Notes under the pieces: model-generated
What the model was told of the DNA's origin: nothing
The model's input: the letters and a program-made list of their open reading frames with translations, nothing else
Databases searched by the model: none
Shown here: positions 54,674 through 63,228 of the stretch, one piece after another
Layout: each line of letters begins with the position of its first letter
Position numbering within the stretch: the first letter of the stretch is position 1
Translations under genes and position numbers: made by a program
DNA from: Amoebidium appalachense
Taxonomy: Eukaryota > Protista > Ichthyosporea
Reading direction: 5' to 3'
DNA: 64,000 nucleotides
Assembly (NCBI GenBank): GCA_963693365.1
Contig: CAVNZM010000005.1
Coordinates: 3,345,216-3,409,215, forward strand

Positions 54674-55834
54674 CTAAAGAGGGATGTAGATCTGGTCACC
54701 GAACACCAACTCGAGTTCGGTCTTCTGCACCAGGTCGCAGCCCATCTGCACCAGGCGGCGCAGCACATCATAGAGCTGGGTGTACGTCAGGTGGGTAATC
54801 TTGGGCACCCCGTGCAGGACGTTTGCGGCCTTACACATGGCGGTGTACACGTTGATGTGCGAGCGGTACATGCCCTGATCGACGTCCACATTCATGTGCC
54901 ACTTGATGAACGTGTTCCAGTAGCTGGGGTCAAACCGGTGCTCGAACTCCTCGTGGTTGCGCCACAGCACTATGGCTGCGTCATGGAACACCTTGCGGGC
55001 CAGCTCTCTCCCGTAGTCCGTCTCCATGCAGCGAGCCACAGGGATTGTTCCAGGGGGAAGGGACACGATGCGCTGGGGGTGGTCATCGTCGCACTCGTGC
55101 ATTGCCAGGCGCTCGTTGGCGGAGTCCAGAAGCTCTGCCGTCTGCGTGTACCACTGCTCCATCTTCTCCAGGTTGTTGGACAGCTGCATGATGTGGGTCT
55201 CGTGCTCAAGGGCACGCGCGGTTGCCTCGGCCAGAGCGGCCTCGACCTGAGCACGGTTCTGGCGGTGCAGTACCTTGAAGGCTTGTTCGACCCGCCAGTA
55301 GTAGTAGCGCACTTCGTGTCCGATGGCAGTCTGGACGGTCATGACGAGCAACTTGAAGGTCTTGGGGTTCATGAAAATCTCCGTCACGGGTCGACCACGC
55401 CCCTGTGCCCTGAAATGGAGATAGAGGTTCGAGGTTAAAAAGCTAACGCCCAATCGAATGACCGGAATTTCTACACCCGTGGGTGTCAAAAAACATTTCA
55501 GCCAATCATTAAAATTTAAAGAACAAATAAAACTTTTTATCACAAAAACGTTTCACCAGTCGAAAGCAACCCACCTCAAGGCGTCGATCTTGAAGTCAAT
55601 ACCTTCAATGACATGATCGTGGGTCTTCAGATGCTCGATGATAGCTACTTTCCCGGCTTTCTCGTTCTTGTAGTTGAACAACAGCGCCTGCACACGGGCC
55701 CCGCTCAGCTCCTCGTTGATGGCCAGCTCGTCGATGTCGCCGTCCAGGTCCCAGAACTTGGCGAACTCGCCGAGCAGTGAAGCCTTGGGCCCCAGGGTAG
55801 AGGTCAGAGTAGATGAAGGTGGAGGGAGTGCCAT
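54674..55834 (-). CDS. AntA/MSV199-like DNA-binding protein with one spliceosomal intron (exons 55834-55575 and 55409-54674)
   Basis: GTGGGT..TTTCAG intron (55574-55410). Its removal joins IEGIDFKIDALR to AQGRGRPVTEIFMNPKTFKLLVMTVQTAIGHEVRYYY; TATA motif 42 nt upstream of the ATG. Confidence 0.75.
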
Positions 55835-55964
55835 GTTGCAGACTGAGCTCCTGTGGGAGTGTGTTGGCCTTTTATACCTTCGCCAGGAAGCCCTTGAAGT
55901 GCAAAAACCAACAGCCGCAGCGTGCCAAGCCGAAAGCACCTCACATAATGCAAGCCCCTCGTAA

Positions 55965-56348
55965 ATGCCCGCACCGAACGGGTTGTGTCTCGACCGCAAG
56001 ATGTGCAACTCCCGCCACTTCAACGGCAACGTCACCCTCGCTATCCGTAAGGGCGCCCGCATCCTCAGCAACGGCACGCACCTCGCGAAGAGGGGCGTCC
56101 ATGCCGTCCAGTACACCGTCAAGACCGACATCACGCTGCTCCTCCCCGACCTCGGGCAGCCCAGCCCCGAGAAGCAGCTCCTGCTGGCGCTCTCGCAGCG
56201 CACGAAGCTGACGGCCGTGCAGCAGCGCCGCGCACGCACGCTGTGCCAGGCGTTCGGCGTGGACGGCTGGTACGTGCGGGGCAGCAAGGCCCAGGGCGGG
56301 CCCAAGGAGGCCCTGGTGCTGCTGAACCCCGGGCGGGTGCTTGAGTAA
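55965..56348 (+). CDS. Hypothetical protein, possible ADP-ribosyltransferase-like C-terminal motif
   Basis: LCQAFGVDGWY..KEALVLLNPGRVLE. Confidence 0.55.
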   Translation: MPAPNGLCLDRKMCNSRHFNGNVTLAIRKGARILSNGTHLAKRGVHAVQYTVKTDITLLLPDLGQPSPEKQLLLALSQRTKLTAVQQRRARTLCQAFGVDGWYVRGSKAQGGPKEALVLLNPGRVLE

Positions 56349-56378
56349 AGTTGTAAATTGTTCCCCCTCCTGTAGAAC

Positions 56379-56588
56379 ATGCGCAAGCACGCCCGCACAT
56401 CCCCACACGTGGGTCTGGCCGACCACCTTTCCACTGCCCAACTGATCACGTACCTGCAGCTCAACGGCAGGGAGGTGACCGAGCAGACCCCGCGGCCGTC
56501 CATGGAGAAGATGTACGAGGAGATTTTCCGGTCGCGCAGTGCCAAGGCGGCTGCGGTGGCCCCCGAGCAAAAAAAGAAGGCCAACTGA
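56379..56588 (+). CDS. Small basic hypothetical protein (69 aa)
   Basis: ATG ORF tightly packed between co-directional genes. Confidence 0.5.
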   Translation: MRKHARTSPHVGLADHLSTAQLITYLQLNGREVTEQTPRPSMEKMYEEIFRSRSAKAAAVAPEQKKKAN

Positions 56589-56595
56589 CAACACG

Positions 56596-57426
56596 ATGGA
56601 CGCACCCAGCACGCGTGAGCGCAGGCCACTACGGCCCATCACCGAGTACAAGCACCTGTTCAACAGCAGCGCCCGCAAGCGCGTCTTCAGCTACGACAAG
56701 CTCAAGGCCAGCCGCTGCAACCCACACTACATGAAGGCCGTGCACAAGACCGACAGCTGCCCATTCGACCTGCGCAGGCGCAACGCTTACTTCCTTCTTA
56801 AAAACCCGCCAAAATTCTGTAGGCGGGACAAGCTGTACCGTGAGCCCTCGACGACGTGCACCACGCGGCCGTTTCCCAAACTGGAGTCGTTTAGCAGGGG
56901 GTACGTGGAGGTCATGCGGTTCGGACGGGCCAGTGACGTACGCAAGGCACCAAATGGCCCCACCTATACCTTTTACTATGCCGCCCCAGACACCACCGCC
57001 CTGTACCTGAACCTGGCCAACCCCCTGGTGGCCAAAACCAAGCTGGACGCGCTGGTGCAGCTAAACTGGAACTTCCACAACCGACTGACCAAAGAGTCCT
57101 TCCATCCGGGCGACCAGTACTTCGTGTCTCAGGTGCTCTCCAAAACGCAGAACAAGAAGCACTACGTGGCCGAGGTGGACAGACTCGTCGAGCTCATGCG
57201 CAGCGGCGCGCACTACAGCTCCATTGTTGGAACGGGCTACTTCGACTTCTACGACTTCGACCTCATCAATGAGGCCCGGGCCCGTGGGTACGACTCCGTG
57301 GTGCTCCTAAGCGAGCCGTACAACACCACGGAGAGCGCCACCGAGATCATCCACCTGGTCCCCCCACACACTTCCCTTGGCATGCTGGTAGAGCGCCCCC
57401 GCGAGATCCTCAAAAAGTCCAAATAA
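56596..57426 (+). CDS. Hypothetical protein, possible ADP-ribosyltransferase-like fold
   Basis: YVEVMR..FYYA..LYLNLANPLV..ARARGYDSV..E..TEIIHL. Confidence 0.6.
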   Translation: MDAPSTRERRPLRPITEYKHLFNSSARKRVFSYDKLKASRCNPHYMKAVHKTDSCPFDLRRRNAYFLLKNPPKFCRRDKLYREPSTTCTTRPFPKLESFSRGYVEVMRFGRASDVRKAPNGPTYTFYYAAPDTTALYLNLANPLVAKTKLDALVQLNWNFHNRLTKESFHPGDQYFVSQVLSKTQNKKHYVAEVDRLVELMRSGAHYSSIVGTGYFDFYDFDLINEARARGYDSVVLLSEPYNTTESATEIIHLVPPHTSLGMLVERPREILKKSK

Positions 57427-57461
57427 ACCACCACCCCACAAAATGTGTGCCACACTCAACC

Positions 57462-58214
57462 ATGCAGAGCGTGAAGTCCTTCCTCCTGCACAACGCACCC
57501 ACCTTCATCGCCGAGTTCTGCGGCACCGCCCTGCTCACCTTCACCGCCATCGGCATCGCCATGGCCACGGGTGAAACCTCACACGGTGCATCATCGGCCG
57601 CTGACGTCCTTGCTGTGGCCGCCGGGTTCGGGGGTGTTGTTGGGGGGCTGGTGGCCGTGCTGGGCCCCGTGTCGGGTGCCCACGTCAACCCGGCGGTGAC
57701 TCTGGGCATGGTTGCCGCCGGTTGGCTGGACCCCGTGCTTCTCCCGCTCTACTTCACCGCCCAGTTTACCGGAGGTATCGTGGGCACGGCGTTGCTGCGG
57801 GCCGGCATGCCTCCCGCCCTCCACGGCTCGTTCGGAACAAACGGGCTTGTCGGCGGGACCACCCAGGCCGAGGCCCTGGCCATGGAGTTGCTCGCCACGG
57901 CGTTCTTGGTGTTTACGGTGTCGCTCGCATGCAAGCATCCCAAGCTTGCGAACATCGCGCCCGTCATTTCCCCTCTGGCCATCGGGTCTGTGGTGTTTCT
58001 CATGCACATGCTGTTGGTCACTGTCACCGGCTGCTCCATCAACCCCGCACGCAGCCTTGCGGCGGCCACGTTTGGCGACAGCCACGACCTGAAGCACCTG
58101 TGGATCTTCTTCCTGGGGCCCCTGCTTGGCGGCGTGGCTGGCGCCCTGGCCGCACGCGCGCTGCTGTGGCTGCAGGCCCGGCGTCCGCAAATTAATGGGG
58201 AGGATGGTAACTGA
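57462..58214 (+). CDS. Aquaporin (MIP family)
   Basis: AEFCGT, SGAHVNPAVT, E.LATAFLVF, TGCSINPARS and WIFFLGPLLGG; six hydrophobic helices. Confidence 0.96.
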   Translation: MQSVKSFLLHNAPTFIAEFCGTALLTFTAIGIAMATGETSHGASSAADVLAVAAGFGGVVGGLVAVLGPVSGAHVNPAVTLGMVAAGWLDPVLLPLYFTAQFTGGIVGTALLRAGMPPALHGSFGTNGLVGGTTQAEALAMELLATAFLVFTVSLACKHPKLANIAPVISPLAIGSVVFLMHMLLVTVTGCSINPARSLAAATFGDSHDLKHLWIFFLGPLLGGVAGALAARALLWLQARRPQINGEDGN

Positions 58215-59656
58215 TGGCCAACATCACCTGGGGAAAGGACGACATCGAGCGTCTCAAGGAGAACCCGGACTACCCGTGGAAGTTCGTGCGCTGGGACGAG
58301 TACCGAAAGCAACTGTGGGACTGGCAGTTCGGCAACGAGTGGGCGCACCACGGTGGGCGCATGCCCTCGCTCAAGCTCCAGTTCCCCCTGCCACACCCTG
58401 CGTTCCCGAAATACAAGGCCGTGTCTTTTGTGTCGTGGGCCTCGTGTGCGACCGCAGAGGACCCCGCCGGCTGCAGGCGAAACCACGGCGACCCCGAGTA
58501 CAACCCCGTCGACTCGGACCTGGTGTGTCTGATCTACGACGACCCGCGATTCTGCTACACCCCCAGCCTGGCAGACATCCAGGAGGACGCACAGGCCGTT
58601 GGGTGCCCGGCCAGCACCCGCCAGAACGCCACCCGGCTCAAGGTGCTCACGTGCCCGGCCGACTACGTGGCGCTCAGCGACCAACCGGCCTTCCCCACGT
58701 ACAACCCCGGCGACAAGATGTGCGCCCCTTCGGCCTCCAGGAAGAACCAGGACTGGAAGTGGGACGACTACCAGAAGTACTGGAACCCGGACTACTGGCT
58801 GCGCGCCCCGCACCGCCACCTTGTGTCCCTGCAGCAGTCCAAGCTGCGAGTCCAGTACCGCGGCGAGCTGGCCAAGGGAAACGACCACACCATGCGGCCC
58901 GTGAGCCTCCTGCGCATGCACGACCGCTACCTGCTGTACAAGTTTGACTACAAGCGAGAGCAGAACTGGGACACCGCTAGGCCGCTGCGGCTGCGCGACC
59001 TCCTCGAGTTTTCGCGCGGGCGGGACGATTCGGTGGTTCCGCTGCACGACCAGGCTCGCATGGACAAGAACTACCTTTTCCCGGCAACACAGGACAGCGC
59101 TGTGAATGCATATGCCGAGTTCTTTTGCAAGACCGAGGCCGGGGTCAATGATCCCACGTGCGGGTGCTTTGCGCCGCTGCCGGCGGGAATGGACCACGCC
59201 ACACTCAAGAAGAAGTTCGGCTGGAGCGTGCAGTGCCACCACGCCGTGTGCAAGGTGCAGGGCTACAAGACGCGCGACATGGAGAACGAGGAGTGCACGG
59301 CGCTCAACGTGCAGATCTGCAACCAGGCCATGGAGGTCACGGAGAACACTGACGCCAAGATCCAGGCCACGCAGGTACAGCAGTGCCTCATGCAGATCGG
59401 CAAGGAGGAGTCGGGTGCCACCACCACCAACACCAACCCCGACAACAAGCCCTCAGAGCCCGGGGCTCCGGCCGTACCCGGTGTGCCTGGGGAGGCTGGA
59501 AAGGACTCGCAGAACCCGCCTGCGCCGCCTGTGCCGACACAGCCTGCCCCAACACCACTGGGGTCGGCAAGCGCCTGGGCGCACGCGAACGCCGCGGCGT
59601 ACTGGGGCCTGGTGATCGCGGTGGCGCTCGTGCTGCTGCTGCTGGGCGCAGGTTGA
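58214..59656 (+). CDS. Poxvirus A16/G9/J5-like entry-fusion membrane protein
   Basis: FC..DPTCGC..QC...C...GYK..C...VQICNQ..QQC cysteine pattern, Pro-rich stalk and C-terminal TM. Confidence 0.72.
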   Translation: MANITWGKDDIERLKENPDYPWKFVRWDEYRKQLWDWQFGNEWAHHGGRMPSLKLQFPLPHPAFPKYKAVSFVSWASCATAEDPAGCRRNHGDPEYNPVDSDLVCLIYDDPRFCYTPSLADIQEDAQAVGCPASTRQNATRLKVLTCPADYVALSDQPAFPTYNPGDKMCAPSASRKNQDWKWDDYQKYWNPDYWLRAPHRHLVSLQQSKLRVQYRGELAKGNDHTMRPVSLLRMHDRYLLYKFDYKREQNWDTARPLRLRDLLEFSRGRDDSVVPLHDQARMDKNYLFPATQDSAVNAYAEFFCKTEAGVNDPTCGCFAPLPAGMDHATLKKKFGWSVQCHHAVCKVQGYKTRDMENEECTALNVQICNQAMEVTENTDAKIQATQVQQCLMQIGKEESGATTTNTNPDNKPSEPGAPAVPGVPGEAGKDSQNPPAPPVPTQPAPTPLGSASAWAHANAAAYWGLVIAVALVLLLLGAG

Positions 59657-59682
59657 TCCAATAAAATGGTGGAACGTATTTA

Positions 59683-62307
59683 ATGGCCACGCGGGGTTCA
59701 GACAGCAGCGGGCGGCGTGCGTCGCGCACGCCCGCCATGCCCCTGTACTCGGGGTCCCGGGCCAAGATCTACGCCGAGATGAAGGCACTGGTCGAGGGCG
59801 GGGACCAGGCAAAACTGCAGAGGGAGTCAAACAAGCAGGGCGTGGGGGGTGCGGTTCTGCAGGCGCAGACGCAGCCACTACCCGCACAGGAAAATTCCGT
59901 GGCGCTCCCTGCGTCGGGGGGGCGGGAGGCGGATGGGGGAAACGTGCGCGGAGGGATGGGTGGATACACCCGGGAGGCAGGCGGTAGGGTGGAGGATGAA
60001 TATGTGCTCGTGAGCAATTCGATGAGCGAACCCGATTCAAAGGTGACCACAAAGCTCGCGCAGCGCGTGCACGGGGTGCGAGGGGTGCGGGTGGAGTCTG
60101 TGACTGTGCATGGGGGGGCAGAGGAGGGATTTATTGTCACGGCAGAAAACAACGGTGTTAACTGTCTGGTGCGAGACGCACCTTTCATTACTAGGTCACC
60201 AGCTGAGCCGCCGGCGAGTCGAGATATCAATATCAGCGTGGATATCCCCGAAGGTCGCTACACGGTCGACGAGCTTTTGAAGACAATGGTGAAATGTATC
60301 AATCTGGAAATTGAAATGGCCTATGGATCAATAGAACAGGTTTACGACAGAATGTCGATTGGTTATAAGAATTCAACTCTGAGCCCAGAGGTACTCATTC
60401 CTACAAAACCTCTAATACAGGACATATTCATCAATGGTACAGCTATTCCACGTTTCATTCGGTGGGAGTGGAGGCCATATGAATGGGGCCGTCTAGTAGA
60501 TTACACCATCACTTTCTTAGACCTACCTGACAACCAGAGCAGGTTAGTAGCAATGCAACATCCAAGACGGACAGAGAACGGCCCTTTGGCTGTTGGGACT
60601 ACATCTGCTACTTTTCATGGATTGGTTGACATTACAAGGGATCGAGATTTTGGAGAGGGCATGGCAAGCGACAGGGCCATATTTGATACACCAAAAACTG
60701 GGTATTCAGAACCCCAACATGGTGCAAGTTACACTAGACTCCGAATTCACTCGACCACAACACTGCCCGAGCCCAAGCCCTTAACAGCAATACCCTATGA
60801 GCTGCACGCGTGGTTGCAAGCTGGTGGGTACATGCCAGGGTCTCTTCTAAAACCACAAGAGCTTCATTCGATAACCATTATTGCCCGAAAAACGCTATCA
60901 AGCGCGACCCCGTTAGCACGAGTGCACAAGGGACTCCTTTTTGGTTTACCTCTTTATAATAATACGAATACTGACCAGGTGGACTATACAATTGAGCATG
61001 TACTTTGGGAGAGTATGCTGTATCGGTTCTTTTGGAAATTTTGCGGTGGTGTATCAGATGGTTCTGATAGACACACGATATACAAGGTGGAGATTGACGG
61101 ATTCTACATTTACTACATATCGAATTCCCGAACCCCTGGGACCGATGTTCCTGTGGGCACCACCGTGGAGGTGCAAACACAACAATTGCAATTCAGTGTT
61201 CACGCGTTTGAAGTCAGCTTATCACCCTGCAACCCACATGTTGACAATAGAATCGACTTATCCAAGATCACGCGTGACTTCAGAATGCCATTCTACCTAG
61301 ATGTAAAATCTTCAACAGAACTTGCAGAGGTGTGCCTAAGGGAAAGAAAAACTGTGCCAGCTAACGAGTATGTCTACGAAGCATTTCGCTTTCCCGAAGC
61401 ACCGTATGATAACTCAACAACTATTAAGCGGCCATGGATGGAAGCCTATGGTGCTGAGTATTTTGCGCTGATGTACGCATTCCCAGCATCCAGTGCAGAT
61501 ATTTCTTGGAAAAGGCTTGGTGAGGATCTCATGACAGTGTACCGAAGAATGAGGTTCCAACAATTGGGTGATTCTAACGTGCTGAATACCTACACCGTTT
61601 TTGTTCGTCCTAATTGGGAAAAGGCCCTGTTATGGAACAACGAGTCCCTGTATCTTCGCCATCTGGTTCATGTGTCGCCACATTGGTTCAACACACCAGT
61701 ACATGTAGAGCTCGATGGCCCCCTTTGCAGAGCCCTCGGTATATCAGAGCCAACGAAAAAAATATACTCGACTCGTGTTTATACATTCTTCAACCAGTTT
61801 GTGGATGATTTAGATGTTCCCGCACCTCTTAACCTAACAGTTAATACCAGTACCCCCTTCTACCAAAGGGCGTTCCTCCAAAACAGCACCCTGGATAGGG
61901 TGGGGATTGTGCAGTTTCGCCCGCCCAAGAGATACTTTTACACTGACGGACATGACGTTGTAGTTCCGTGCCCCAGGCCTGCCCCTGCCACCCTCCTCTT
62001 CTTTGTAACGATAGACGGAGTCTTCGGCAAGGGCGTGAGCTGGAGCCGACCGTCGGTTCGGTCGGACTCTCCAGCCGTCGATACCACAGCCTCGAACAGC
62101 AGCGACTACGCCGGCCGCTCCCGCCCGGGTCTGACGTACGTGCTGGTGCGTGACGGCCACACGGTGCGCGCGGACCTCCTGAGCTCGCACGGGCAGATGT
62201 GGCTCATGCACCGCACCGCGGCCACGTCCGTGTCAGTCGAGGTGCGTGATTTGGAAGACAACCTCGTGGTCGGTCGGTACACGGTGCTGTTGCGACTCGT
62301 CAAGTAG
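59683..62307 (+). CDS. Putative minor capsid (penton-like) protein with a large central insertion
   Basis: VRGVRVESV..ENN..VDIPEGRYTVDEL..LCRALG..VSVEVRDLED..YTVLLRL; parallels 42666-44024. Confidence 0.6.
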   Translation: MATRGSDSSGRRASRTPAMPLYSGSRAKIYAEMKALVEGGDQAKLQRESNKQGVGGAVLQAQTQPLPAQENSVALPASGGREADGGNVRGGMGGYTREAGGRVEDEYVLVSNSMSEPDSKVTTKLAQRVHGVRGVRVESVTVHGGAEEGFIVTAENNGVNCLVRDAPFITRSPAEPPASRDINISVDIPEGRYTVDELLKTMVKCINLEIEMAYGSIEQVYDRMSIGYKNSTLSPEVLIPTKPLIQDIFINGTAIPRFIRWEWRPYEWGRLVDYTITFLDLPDNQSRLVAMQHPRRTENGPLAVGTTSATFHGLVDITRDRDFGEGMASDRAIFDTPKTGYSEPQHGASYTRLRIHSTTTLPEPKPLTAIPYELHAWLQAGGYMPGSLLKPQELHSITIIARKTLSSATPLARVHKGLLFGLPLYNNTNTDQVDYTIEHVLWESMLYRFFWKFCGGVSDGSDRHTIYKVEIDGFYIYYISNSRTPGTDVPVGTTVEVQTQQLQFSVHAFEVSLSPCNPHVDNRIDLSKITRDFRMPFYLDVKSSTELAEVCLRERKTVPANEYVYEAFRFPEAPYDNSTTIKRPWMEAYGAEYFALMYAFPASSADISWKRLGEDLMTVYRRMRFQQLGDSNVLNTYTVFVRPNWEKALLWNNESLYLRHLVHVSPHWFNTPVHVELDGPLCRALGISEPTKKIYSTRVYTFFNQFVDDLDVPAPLNLTVNTSTPFYQRAFLQNSTLDRVGIVQFRPPKRYFYTDGHDVVVPCPRPAPATLLFFVTIDGVFGKGVSWSRPSVRSDSPAVDTTASNSSDYAGRSRPGLTYVLVRDGHTVRADLLSSHGQMWLMHRTAATSVSVEVRDLEDNLVVGRYTVLLRLVK

Positions 62308-62352
62308 GCGGGCGTTGTGAACCAAAATAGCTCCCACGGCGCGACGCAGCAT

Positions 62353-62613
62353 ATGTTTTTGCGCCTTCTGCAAATGTTACCGGAAAGCACGGGCATCACA
62401 GACCACCACGTCAAGGCCATGATCGGCCAGGACCTCTACAAGCGCTTCCCCTCGGCGGATCCCGAGTGGATCAAGCGCGTCACCGACTACAACATGAAGT
62501 ACGTCATGTGCTCGTACGCCGGCCAGTGCAAGGGCCTGGTTCCCGGGCGCAAGAAGCCCAAGCGGGGCTGCTGCCGCAAGCGGCGGTGCTGGAAGAGCTT
62601 CAAGAAGCCCTAA
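62353..62613 (+). CDS. Small basic Cys-containing protein (86 aa)
   Basis: GC3-rich ORF with a K/R-rich C-terminus. Confidence 0.55.
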   Translation: MFLRLLQMLPESTGITDHHVKAMIGQDLYKRFPSADPEWIKRVTDYNMKYVMCSYAGQCKGLVPGRKKPKRGCCRKRRCWKSFKKP

Positions 62614-62660
62614 AAAGGCGCGGCCGTTGAGCGGCCAACGCTACATTGTGGGCCCCCAGT

Positions 62661-63170
62661 ATGCATCAACGAAAACGCAAAGCCAGAGGGCGCGGCTGCG
62701 CTTGCCGGGCACGACGGCTCGAGACGTGCGTGCGGCGGACGTCGACGCGGCACAGCAAGGTGCCGGTGTTCCTGATCCCCGAGTGCTCGAAGACGCACAT
62801 GGTGACGGTGCGCGTGGCGGGGCAGAAGAAGACGTTCAAGCTGGTGTACGATGTGGGGTCTGAGAACAGCTACGTCGACTTGGAGGTGGCCAACGGCTGG
62901 GGCCTAATGGACGGGCGCAAGCCGCTGGTGCCGTACACGGAGTCCAACACCATCGACTCGAACGGCAACATCCACAAGAGTGTGCGCCTGACCAAGGTCA
63001 CGCTCGAGATCCTGTGCCCTGACAACCAGTGGCGGCCGTGCGAGGGCGCGCTCGAGGTGTGCCTTGACCGCAAGGTCAACAAGCACGGGAGGCTGTTTGG
63101 GGTCAGCCACCTGCGGACGCTGCGGGACCGCGTGCGGTACGTGGTCGACTACCAGGTGTGCCGGCGCTGA
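62661..63170 (+). CDS. Retropepsin-like aspartic protease with non-canonical DVG motif
   Basis: VTVRVAG..FKLVYDVGSENSYV..DSNG..RLFGVSHL; AATAAA follows the stop. Confidence 0.7.
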   Translation: MHQRKRKARGRGCACRARRLETCVRRTSTRHSKVPVFLIPECSKTHMVTVRVAGQKKTFKLVYDVGSENSYVDLEVANGWGLMDGRKPLVPYTESNTIDSNGNIHKSVRLTKVTLEILCPDNQWRPCEGALEVCLDRKVNKHGRLFGVSHLRTLRDRVRYVVDYQVCRR

Positions 63171-63228
63171 GCGCACAGGCAATAAACAGCGCCAACCCGT
63201 GGCGGTGGCATTAATGTAGCCCTTCTCA

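Noticed and set aside
62661-63170. LTR retrotransposon suggested by the aspartic protease
   Set aside because: No LTRs, gag, RT or integrase nearby; neighbours are viral-type genes.
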